A DNA stretch of 63,830 nucleotides, filler included, from an uncultured bacterium (GTDB lineage Bacteria; CAYJRR01): NCBI GenBank assembly GCA_964372275.1. It is 5 parts of 5 records of this genome, joined end to end, with 100 filler letters (N's around TTAATTAATTAA, not from the genome) between each part and the next. Parts side by side here need not be neighbours in the genome. Positions count along the whole stretch, not along the records: positions 28,277 to 42,271 come from CAYJRR010000121.1; positions 42,372 to 56,221 come from CAYJRR010000122.1; 3 more parts are not named here. One strand, given 5' to 3'. How positions within the stretch are numbered: position 1 is the first letter of the stretch; each line of letters begins with the position of its first letter. Made by a program: the position numbers and the translations under genes. Shown here piece after piece: positions 40,188 through 48,966 of the stretch. The notes under the pieces were generated by a model. It was given only the letters and a program-made list of their open reading frames with translations. It was not told where the DNA came from and did no database searches.

Positions 40188-40910
40188 ATGGACGCACTCG
40201 AACGGCGAATCCTGCGCACAGGACTCCGGCTGGTGGGGGGGGCGGTGCTCCTCTTCACGGCCTGGAAGTTGGCGCTGCGCGGTTCGGTCGTCGTGCACGC
40301 GGAGCCGGGATCGATCCACCGACGGCTCTTCGGATGGCTCGTGGTCCGCTTTCCGCAGGAGCCGTTCAACCTGGTCGACTTCCTGACGGGGCAGTTCCTG
40401 ATCCTCGGGGGGGCGATTGCGCTTTGCGCCGCGGCGGGATTGAGTCGGCGACTCGAGGCGGGGGGGCTCTGGGACGCCTCCTCGCAACGCTCCGAGCGGG
40501 CCTTCTTCCGGGTGGCGGGGATCGGTCTGGTGTGGCTCGGCTTCGACGAGCTGTTCCTCGTGCACGAGTTCCTGAGCGCGAACCTGTTCGTGTCCGATGC
40601 CGGCATCCTTCTCGTCTACGGGGTCGTCGCGGCCGTCGCCGGCATCGCCTGGCGACGTCTCCTCCTCTCCTGCCGAGGCGGGCCGCCGGTGCTGGTGGCG
40701 GGTGGCCTGCTCCACGTCATGGCGCTCGCGTGCGATCTGTTCGGCCCCAAGGGGGTCTGGCTCCCCGAGGAGCCGCTGGAGATGCTCGCCGCCGGGTGTT
40801 ACGCGCTGGCCCTCGCCCTTTACGCTGCGACCACGCTCGCCCGGGCCGCCGATCCGGCACTCCGACCGACCGGCCTCCGTGGCGAGACGCAGCGTTCCGC
40901 CGCCGTTTAG
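40188..40910 (+). CDS. Hypothetical multi-pass membrane protein
   Basis: About 6 TM segments; conserved-looking FDELFLVHE and EEPLEM motifs. Confidence 0.75.
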   Translation: MDALERRILRTGLRLVGGAVLLFTAWKLALRGSVVVHAEPGSIHRRLFGWLVVRFPQEPFNLVDFLTGQFLILGGAIALCAAAGLSRRLEAGGLWDASSQRSERAFFRVAGIGLVWLGFDELFLVHEFLSANLFVSDAGILLVYGVVAAVAGIAWRRLLLSCRGGPPVLVAGGLLHVMALACDLFGPKGVWLPEEPLEMLAAGCYALALALYAATTLARAADPALRPTGLRGETQRSAAV

Positions 40911-40915
40911 CAGGT

Positions 40916-41106
40916 GGCGTCCGGGGTCGCGGTAATGGCCACGATCGCGTCCGCGGTTGCGGTCGCGCGGAGGCCGTTCCCGCGTGCGCGCCGGCGTCCG
41001 AGGGATGACCCTTCTTCGGACACATTGGCAGCAGGGTCATCCCACGGATTCGGTCGCCGTCGCGGCGACGGTCTCGGGTTCGGACCCGACCGCGACCCCG
41101 GACGCC
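40916..41106. repeat. Nested palindromic intergenic element (MITE/REP-like)
   Basis: 18-bp perfect terminal IR (40916-40933/41089-41106) and a central 11-bp IR GGGATGACCCT/AGGGTCATCCC (41002-41012/41033-41043). Confidence 0.8.
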
Positions 41107-41248
41107 GACGTGCCCGTCGCTTGTCCGGTCGCCGCGCAGTCGCTACACCTTCCGCGCGCCATCGTTCGCCTTGCCAGCGGCGCCCCGCTCTCGCGTAAGA
41201 TGCCGGGCTCCGCCGGGGTGTCGGGGCTGGCGGGTCTCGGAGGCTTTC

Positions 41249-42271
41249 ATGGCGCGGCAGGAGACGATCGATCGGCGGGAGTTCGTTCGGCGGACCGGGA
41301 TGGCCGGCACGGCGTTGGCCATCGGCTCGTGGACGGGGGGATGCGTGAACAAGGCGACGACGCGCAAGGGGATGGAGGACGCGACGGTGGATCCGAACGA
41401 GGGACTGGCGCCGGTCGCGGCGCGCTACGGGATCGCCGCGGACGAGATCCGGCGGGCGATCGAGACGGCGCTCGCGCGCGGTGGGGACTACGCCGACGTC
41501 TACTTCCAGTCGACGACCTCCAACGTGCTCGCCCTCGAGGACGACGCCGTCAATCGCGCCCGCGCCGCCGTCGAGCAGGGGGTCGGGGTCCGGGTGATCA
41601 AAGGCGACTCGACCGGCTACGCCTTCACCGAGGAGCTGACCCCGGAGGCGCTCCGGCGCGCCGCCGCCACCGCGGCCGAGATCGCCGACGGGAACGCGAG
41701 CCACCGGCCGGTGATCTACGGCTTCCAGCGGGCGCCGCGCTACTACCCACCCGACGCCGGATGGGCACGGGTCGACGTCGGGCGGAAGATGTCTCTCCTG
41801 TCCGACGTCAACCATCGCCTGAAATCCGCCGACAAACGCGTGGTGAAGACGACCCTCTCCTTCTCCGACGAGGAGACCGAGGTCTACATCGTCACCTCCG
41901 AAGGGATCGTCCGACACGACCGGCAGCCGATGACTCGCCTGGTGGCGAGCTGCGTCGCGGAACAGGGGACGGACCGGGAGACGGGGAGCTACAACCTGGC
42001 CTCGCGCGACGGCTGGTCGTTCTACACGCCGGAACGGGTCGAGCGGCTGGTGAAGGAGGCGGTGCGCCGCACCGTCCTGATGTTCGAGGCGGTGCAGCCC
42101 CCCGGCGGCGAGATGCCGGTGGTGCTCGGCGCCGGATCGAGCGGGATCCTCCTCCACGAAGCGATCGGCCACGGGATGGAGGCCGACTTCAACCGCAAGG
42201 GGACCTCCACCTACTCCACCCGCCTGGGGAAGCCGATCGCCGAGTCGTTCGTCAACGTGGTCGACGACGGC
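41249..42271 (+). CDS. tldD: TldD/PmbA family metalloprotease with Tat signal (truncated by contig end)
   Basis: RREFV twin-arginine motif; GGDYADVYF, GVGVRVI.G..GYA, ILLHEAIGHGMEADFN. Confidence 0.9.
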
Positions 42272-42371
42272 NNNNNNNNNNNNNNNNNNNNNNNNNNNNN
42301 NNNNNNNNNNNNNNNTTAATTAATTAANNNNNNNNNNNNNNNNNNNNNNNNNNNNNNNNNNNNNNNNNNNN
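42272..42371. other. Artificial contig linker
   Basis: N-run, TTAATTAATTAA, N-run. Confidence 0.99.
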
Positions 42372-43478
42372 GACATCCACATCGAGTGCTACGAGAAGGG
42401 GATGCGGGGCCGCTCCCGCATCGACGGCGGGCTCTACGACGTGATGAAGCCGCCTTACAAGCTGAAGAACGCCATCGTCTCGAGGCTCAAGATCATGGCC
42501 GACCTGGACATCGCCGAGAGGCGGCTACCGCAGGACGGTCGCATCAAGCTCAAGGTCGGCAAGAACAAGGAGATGGACTACCGCGTCTCCGTGTTGCCGA
42601 CGCTGTTCGGCGAGAAGGTCGTGCTCCGTCTCCTCGACAAGGGGAACCTGCAGCTCGACATGACCAAGCTCGGGTTCGGCGAGACGCAGCTCAAGGACTT
42701 CATGGTGGCGATCAAGCGCCCCTACGGGATGTGCCTGATCACCGGTCCCACCGGCTCGGGGAAGACGACCACGCTTTACTCGGCCCTCTCCGAGCTCAAC
42801 AAGATCAGCAGCAACATCTCCACCGCGGAGGATCCGGTCGAGTTCAACCTCTACGGCATCAACCAGGTGCAGGTGAACGACGAGATCGGGTTGAACTTCG
42901 CCGCCGCGCTGCGCTCGTTCCTGCGGCAGGACCCGAACATCATCATGGTGGGCGAGATCCGCGACTTCGAGACGGCGGAGATCGCGGTCAAGGCGGCGCT
43001 CACCGGACACCTGGTCGTCTCGACGCTCCACACCAACGACGCGCCGTCGACGATCAACCGACTCCTCAACATGGGGATCGAGCCGTTCCTGGTCGCGTCC
43101 GCCGTGAACGTCATTGGCGCCCAGCGCCTCGCGCGCAAGGTCTGCAAGGACTGCGTCGGGCCGGCCGAGGTGCCGGCACAGGCCTACGTCGACGCCGGGA
43201 TGAGCGAGGAGGAGGCGGCGAGCGTGAAACCGGTGAAGGGGGCCGGCTGCAAGACCTGCTCGAACACCGGCTACAAGGGACGCGTCGCGCTCTACGAGAT
43301 CCTGCCGATGAAGGATGAGCTGCGCGAGCTGGTGCTCGCCGGCGCGTCGGCCACCGAGATCAAGCGGGAGGCGATCCGGCTGGGGATGGACTCGTTGCGG
43401 CGATCGGGGCTCAAGAAGATCCTCGAAGGGATGACGACGCTGGAAGAGATCTGTCGGGTGACGGTCCCCGACAACTAG
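42372..43478 (+). CDS. pilB: Type IV pilus assembly ATPase, C-terminal part
   Basis: DIHIE, RLPQDGR, GPTGSGKTTT, EDPVE, LRQDP, GEIRD, STLHTN, two CxxC pairs. Confidence 0.96.
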   Translation, partial: DIHIECYEKGMRGRSRIDGGLYDVMKPPYKLKNAIVSRLKIMADLDIAERRLPQDGRIKLKVGKNKEMDYRVSVLPTLFGEKVVLRLLDKGNLQLDMTKLGFGETQLKDFMVAIKRPYGMCLITGPTGSGKTTTLYSALSELNKISSNISTAEDPVEFNLYGINQVQVNDEIGLNFAAALRSFLRQDPNIIMVGEIRDFETAEIAVKAALTGHLVVSTLHTNDAPSTINRLLNMGIEPFLVASAVNVIGAQRLARKVCKDCVGPAEVPAQAYVDAGMSEEEAASVKPVKGAGCKTCSNTGYKGRVALYEILPMKDELRELVLAGASATEIKREAIRLGMDSLRRSGLKKILEGMTTLEEICRVTVPDN

Positions 43479-43488
43479 AAAGGCCGAC

Positions 43489-44598
43489 GTGGTCAACCTG
43501 CACCAGCTGCTGAAGGCGATGGTCGAGAAGGGGGCGAGCGACCTCCACATCACCACCGGCACCCCGCCGCAGCTCCGCATCGACGGCAACCTGGCGCCGT
43601 TGAAGACGCCGCCGCTGACGGCGACCGACACCAAGCAGATCTGCTACTCGATCCTCACCGACGCGCAGAAGCACAAGTTCGAGGAGGAGAACGAGCTCGA
43701 TCTCTCCTTCGGGGTGAAGGGACTCTCCCGCTTCCGCGCCAACATCTTCCTCCAGCGCGGCGCGGTGGCCGGTGCCTTCCGGACGATCCCGTTCAAGATC
43801 CTCACTTTCCAGGAGCTGGGGCTCCCGCCGGTGGTCAGCGAGCTGGCGAACAAGCCGCGCGGGCTGATCCTGGTGACCGGACCGACCGGCTCGGGGAAGA
43901 CCTCCACCCTCGCGGCGATCATCGACAAGATCAACACCGAACGGCACGAGCACATCGTGACGATCGAGGATCCGATCGAGTACCTCCACCCGCACAAGAA
44001 CTGCGTGGTGAACCAGCGCGAGGTGGGGGCCGACTCCGACTCCTTCAAACGCGCGCTCAAGTACATCCTGCGGCAGGACCCGGACATCGTGCTGATCGGC
44101 GAGATGCGGGACCTGGAGACGATCGAGGCGGCGCTCACCGTCTCGGAGACCGGTCACCTGGTCTTCGCCACGCTGCACACCAACTCCTGCGTGCAGACGA
44201 TCAACCGCGTCATCGACGTCTTCCCGCCCCACCAGCAGCCCCAGGTGCGGGCGCAGCTCTCCTTCGTGCTCGAGGGGGTGCTGTCGCAGCAGCTGATCCC
44301 GCGCGCCAGCGGCAGCGGCCGGGTTCTCGGGATCGAGGCGATGGTCCCGAACGCGGCGATCCGCAACCTGATCCGCGAGGACAAGATCCACCAGATCTAC
44401 TCGCAGATGCAGGTCGGACAGCAGAAGTTCGGGATGCAGACGATGAACCAGTCGCTGCTCACGCTCTACCAGCGGCGCCTGATCACACTCGACGAGGCGA
44501 TGGGCCGGACCAGCGATCCCGAGGAGCTCCGGACGATGATGCAAGGCGGCTCGCCGGGCGCGGCGCGGCCCGGGGCGCCCGGCGGATTCCGTCCCTAG
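43489..44598 (+). CDS. pilT: Type IV pilus retraction ATPase
   Basis: ASDLH, GPTGSGKTST, EDPIE, ATLHTN, AIRNLIRE motif, GMQT. Confidence 0.97.
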   Translation: MVNLHQLLKAMVEKGASDLHITTGTPPQLRIDGNLAPLKTPPLTATDTKQICYSILTDAQKHKFEEENELDLSFGVKGLSRFRANIFLQRGAVAGAFRTIPFKILTFQELGLPPVVSELANKPRGLILVTGPTGSGKTSTLAAIIDKINTERHEHIVTIEDPIEYLHPHKNCVVNQREVGADSDSFKRALKYILRQDPDIVLIGEMRDLETIEAALTVSETGHLVFATLHTNSCVQTINRVIDVFPPHQQPQVRAQLSFVLEGVLSQQLIPRASGSGRVLGIEAMVPNAAIRNLIREDKIHQIYSQMQVGQQKFGMQTMNQSLLTLYQRRLITLDEAMGRTSDPEELRTMMQGGSPGAARPGAPGGFRP

Positions 44599-44628
44599 GA
44601 ACGCGCGCCGATCAGGCAGGAGCGAGGA

Positions 44629-45846
44629 ATGCCGAAGTTCCAATACGAAGGCGTCACCGCGAAGGGCGAGAAGACCAAGGGCGAGTTCGAGGCGGCCAAC
44701 CAGGCCGCCGCGGCGACCAAGCTCAAGCAGCAGAACATCCGCACCACCTCGCTCCGGGAGAAGCCGTCCGGGGGCTTGAACGCCGAGATCAAGATCCCCT
44801 GGATGAAGCCGAAGGTGGGGGAGAAGGACCTGGTCCTCTTCACCCGCCAGTTCGCCACGATGATCGACGCCGGTCTCCCGCTGGTACAGTGCCTCGACAT
44901 CCAGTCGCAGCAGGCCGAGAACCCGACCTTCCGCGAGCAGCTCAAGGACATCAAGCAGACGGTCGAGGCCGGCTCGACCTTCGCCGACGCGCTGAAGAAG
45001 TACCCGAAGACGTTCGACGAGCTGTTCGTGAACCTGATCGCCGCCGGCGAGGTGGGCGGTATCCTCGACACCATCCTATCGCGGCTGGCGACCTACATCG
45101 AGAAGGCCGCCAAGCTGAAGAAGCAGGTGAAGTCGGCGCTCGTCTACCCGACCGCGGTCGTCGTCGTCGCCACCATCGTCGTCACCGTCATCCTCTGGAA
45201 GGTGATCCCGGTCTTCGCGGCGATGTTCACCGACTTCGGCGCGGCGCTCCCGGCGCCGACCGTCTTCGTCATGCGGCTGTCGGACTTCGTGCAGAAGTAC
45301 ATCGCGGTGATGATCCTCGGCGCGGGCGCCTTCGTCTTCGCCTGCAAGCAGATCTACGCCTCGAAACGGGGACGGATCATCGTCGACGACGTCTCGCTCA
45401 AGCTGCCGATCTTCGGGCCGCTGATCCGCAAGGTGGCGGTGGCGCGCTTCACCCGCACCCTGGGGACGATGATCACCTCGGGCGTCCCGATCCTCGACGC
45501 CCTCGACATCTGCGCCAAGACCTCCGGCAACCGCACCGTCGAGTTCGCGATCATGAAGGTGCGGTCGTCGATCTCCGAGGGGCGGACGATCGCCGAGCCG
45601 CTGGCGGAGACCAAGGTCTTCCCCCCGATGGTGGTGCAGATGATCTCCGTCGGCGAGGCGACGGGCGCATTGGACACCATGCTCGGCAAGATCGCCGACT
45701 TCTACGACGAGGAGGTCGACAGCGCGGTGGGGGGGCTCACCTCCCTGATCGAGCCGCTCCTGATGGTCGTCCTCGGCGGGGTGGTCGGCGGACTGGTCAT
45801 CGCCATGTACCTGCCGATCTTCACCATCACCAACTCGCTCGGGTAA
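44629..45846 (+). CDS. pilC: Type IV pilus platform protein
   Basis: FTRQFATMIDAGLPL, AGEVGG.L, ALVYP, VGEATG.LD.ML, IEP, AMYLP. Confidence 0.97.
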   Translation: MPKFQYEGVTAKGEKTKGEFEAANQAAAATKLKQQNIRTTSLREKPSGGLNAEIKIPWMKPKVGEKDLVLFTRQFATMIDAGLPLVQCLDIQSQQAENPTFREQLKDIKQTVEAGSTFADALKKYPKTFDELFVNLIAAGEVGGILDTILSRLATYIEKAAKLKKQVKSALVYPTAVVVVATIVVTVILWKVIPVFAAMFTDFGAALPAPTVFVMRLSDFVQKYIAVMILGAGAFVFACKQIYASKRGRIIVDDVSLKLPIFGPLIRKVAVARFTRTLGTMITSGVPILDALDICAKTSGNRTVEFAIMKVRSSISEGRTIAEPLAETKVFPPMVVQMISVGEATGALDTMLGKIADFYDEEVDSAVGGLTSLIEPLLMVVLGGVVGGLVIAMYLPIFTITNSLG

Positions 45847-45850
45847 GGCG

Positions 45851-47530
45851 ATGCCGGCGACGCGGGGGCCGACTTCGGAACCGACGTCGGTCCTCTTCTC
45901 GCACGTCCGGCTGCAGACGCTCTTCCGCATCCTGGTCGCCTCGGCGCTTCTGGCCGGTACGGTGGTCGTTGACTGGCGCAAGGGCCTGGGCACCTACGAT
46001 TTCCACCCGCTCTATTGGGTCATCGCCTTCGTCTTCCTGACGTCGATCCCGGCGTCGCTGCTCCTGGGACGGATCGCGACCGAAAGGGGGCTCTCGCGGC
46101 TGGCGCTGGTGCAGTTCCTCTGCGACGTGGCGGTGACGACGGCGCTGGTCTACCTCACCGGCGGGACCGACAGCCTCTTTACCTTCCTCTACGGTCTCAC
46201 GATCATCAACGCCTCGATCGTCCTCTATCGCCGCGGGGCGCTCCTGACCGCGGCGGCGGCGGCGATCAGCTTCGGCCTGGTCGTCGACCTCTCCTACTAC
46301 GGGTTCCTGAAGCCGTTCGCGCCCGATCTGGTCGGCGGCGGCGACGTCACCAGCCGCGAGGCGCTCTACCGGGTCGGGGTCAGCACGCTCGGCTTTTTCA
46401 TGACCGGCGTGCTGGCCTCCTACCTGGCGAACGTGCTTCGCGCGCAGGGGATCGACCTCCGCGAGCAGAAGGCGCTCACCAAGAACATCGTCGACAACCT
46501 GAGTTCGGGCCTCCTGACCGTCGACCGGGGCCTTACGATCACCTCGTTCAACCGGGGCGCCGAGGAGCTGACCGGGCGCCGGCTGGCCGACGTCTACGGC
46601 ACCGAGTTGGTCGCGCTCTTCCCCGGCGTGGCGCAGCGGATCGTCGGTCCGGAGGCCCCCGAGCCGCGCCGCCACGAGGAGCGGTTCATCGCCGCCGACG
46701 GCACTTCGCGGGTGCTCGGCTTCTCCTACTCGACCCTGCGCAACGACGACGCCGAGGAGATCGGGACGATCCTGATCTTCCAGGACCTGACCGAGCTCCG
46801 GGAGATGGAGCTGCGCTTGAAGCGCGAGGAGCGGCTGGCCGCGGTCGGTCGGCTCGCCGCCGGGATCGCGCACGAGATCCGCAATCCGCTGGCCTCCATC
46901 TCCGGCTCGATCGAGACGCTGCGCGGCGGACTCGACCTCGGCCCGGAGGACGCGCGGCTGATGGGGATCATCCTGCGCGAGACCAGCCGGCTCGACGGCC
47001 TGATCTCCGACTTCCTGAACTACGTGAAGCCGGTGCGCCAGAAGATGCGGCGGGTCGACTTCGGCGCCGTCCTGCAGGAGACGGCCGACGCGATCCGGAG
47101 CACCGACGCCGGCCGCCAGGTGGAGTTCGCGCTGCCGCCGCCGTCGGAGACGCTCGCGGTGCGGGGAGATCCCGACCACCTGAAACAGGTCGCCTGGAAC
47201 CTCTTCCTCAACGCCTCGGAGGCGATGGGGGGGAAGGGCCGGGTCGAGGTCCGCGTCCTGGCGACCCGCGCCGACCGGGTGACGGTCGAGGTCGCCGACG
47301 TCGGCGCCGGCATCGACCCGGAGACGCTGCCGCGCGTCTTCGAGCCGTTCTTCACCACCAAGGAACGGGGCGTGGGCCTGGGCCTGGCGATGGTCCACAA
47401 GATCGTGGAGGGCCACGGCGGGAACATCGAGGTGGACAGCGAGCCGGGCAAGGGGGCAAGGTTTCGAATGAGCCTGCCCCGGTGGCACGAAGGCGAGCCG
47501 GAGGCTCGGAGGGTCGTCGATGTCGGGTGA
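45851..47530 (+). CDS. pilS: Sensor histidine kinase PilS
   Basis: Six N-terminal TMs, PAS, AHEIRNPL, N and G boxes; lies between pilC and pilR. Confidence 0.9.
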   Translation: MPATRGPTSEPTSVLFSHVRLQTLFRILVASALLAGTVVVDWRKGLGTYDFHPLYWVIAFVFLTSIPASLLLGRIATERGLSRLALVQFLCDVAVTTALVYLTGGTDSLFTFLYGLTIINASIVLYRRGALLTAAAAAISFGLVVDLSYYGFLKPFAPDLVGGGDVTSREALYRVGVSTLGFFMTGVLASYLANVLRAQGIDLREQKALTKNIVDNLSSGLLTVDRGLTITSFNRGAEELTGRRLADVYGTELVALFPGVAQRIVGPEAPEPRRHEERFIAADGTSRVLGFSYSTLRNDDAEEIGTILIFQDLTELREMELRLKREERLAAVGRLAAGIAHEIRNPLASISGSIETLRGGLDLGPEDARLMGIILRETSRLDGLISDFLNYVKPVRQKMRRVDFGAVLQETADAIRSTDAGRQVEFALPPPSETLAVRGDPDHLKQVAWNLFLNASEAMGGKGRVEVRVLATRADRVTVEVADVGAGIDPETLPRVFEPFFTTKERGVGLGLAMVHKIVEGHGGNIEVDSEPGKGARFRMSLPRWHEGEPEARRVVDVG

Positions 47531-48935
47531 GCGGATCCTGGTGGTCGACGACGAGCGGTCGATGTGCGAGTTCCTCTCGATCTACCTGAGCCGGGTCGGC
47601 TACCGGGTGGACGAGGCGGCGGGGACTCAGCCCGCGCTGGCGGCGTTGGAGAAGGGGGCCTACGACCTGGTGATCTCCGACCTGTCGATGCCCGGCGGCG
47701 GCGGGATGGCGGTGCTGGAGCGGTCGAAGGACCTAAGCCCCGACACGCAGGTGATCCTGATGACGGCCTACGCCACGACCGAGAGCGCGGTCGAGGCGAT
47801 GAAGAAGGGGGCCTTCGACTACCTCATCAAGCCGTTCAAGGTCGACGAGCTGCACATCGTGGTGCAGCACGCGCTGGAGAAGCGGTCGCTCTCGCGCGAG
47901 AACGTCCTCCTCAAGAAGGCGCTCAAGGACCGCTACCACTTCTCCAACCTGGTCGGCGGCGCCTCCTCGATGCTGGCGGTCTACGCGCTGATCGAGCGGA
48001 TCAAGGACACCACCACCAACGTGCTGATCACCGGCGAGAGCGGGACCGGCAAGGAGCTGGTGGCCAAGGCGATCCACTTCAACTCGGTGCGCGCCGGGAA
48101 GCCGTTCGTCACCGTCAACTGCGGGGCGATCCCCGAGACGCTGATGGAGAGCGAACTGTTCGGCCACAAGAAGGGCTCCTTCACCGGCGCCATCGCCAAC
48201 AAGACCGGTCTTTTCCAGGCCGCCGACGGTGGAACGCTGTTCCTCGACGAGATCGGCGAGATCCCGCTCGCGATGCAGGTGAAGCTGCTGCGGGCGCTGC
48301 AGGAGAAGTCGTTCAAGCCGGTCGGCGGCGTCGAGGACGTGAAGGTCGACGTGCGGATCGTCGCCGCGACCAACCGGGATCTCGCCGCGGAGGTGCAGAA
48401 GGGCGCCTTCCGCGAAGATCTCTTCTACCGGCTGAACGTCATCAACATCGGCCTCCCCGCGCTCGCCGAGCGCAAGGAGGACATCCCGACGCTGGCGCAG
48501 CACTTCCTGGAGAAGTACAGCCGCGAGCTGGGGAAGGACGTGCGGAAGATCTCCGACGAGGCGCTCGACTGCCTCCTGTCGTATCCGTTCCCCGGAAACG
48601 TCCGGGAGCTGGAGAACGTGATCGAACGGGCGGTGGCGCTGGAGACGACCGGCGTCGTCCTCCCCGAAAGCCTTCCCCCGACCGTCCTCTCCGCGAGGGC
48701 GCAGGCGACGACCCAGGACCACGCCGCGCTCGACGCCGTCGCCCAGGTCCCCGAGGAGGGTCTCGACCTCGACGCCCTGCTCGGGAGTTTCGAACGCCGC
48801 ATCCTGGAGAAGGCGCTCGTCCGCACCGGCGGCTTCAAGAAGGAGGCGGCCAAGCTCCTGCGGATTTCGTTCCGTTCGATGCGCTACCGCCTCGCCAAGT
48901 ACGGCATGTCCGGCGGCCACGACGACGAGCCCTGA
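47520..48935 (+). CDS. pilR: Sigma54-dependent response regulator PilR
   Basis: Receiver domain, [34 protein letters not shown]-terminal [13 protein letters not shown]. Confidence 0.92.
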   Translation: MSGERILVVDDERSMCEFLSIYLSRVGYRVDEAAGTQPALAALEKGAYDLVISDLSMPGGGGMAVLERSKDLSPDTQVILMTAYATTESAVEAMKKGAFDYLIKPFKVDELHIVVQHALEKRSLSRENVLLKKALKDRYHFSNLVGGASSMLAVYALIERIKDTTTNVLITGESGTGKELVAKAIHFNSVRAGKPFVTVNCGAIPETLMESELFGHKKGSFTGAIANKTGLFQAADGGTLFLDEIGEIPLAMQVKLLRALQEKSFKPVGGVEDVKVDVRIVAATNRDLAAEVQKGAFREDLFYRLNVINIGLPALAERKEDIPTLAQHFLEKYSRELGKDVRKISDEALDCLLSYPFPGNVRELENVIERAVALETTGVVLPESLPPTVLSARAQATTQDHAALDAVAQVPEEGLDLDALLGSFERRILEKALVRTGGFKKEAAKLLRISFRSMRYRLAKYGMSGGHDDEP

Positions 48936-48966
48936 GAGAATCGAAAATGGAAAATGGACGAGGCTT

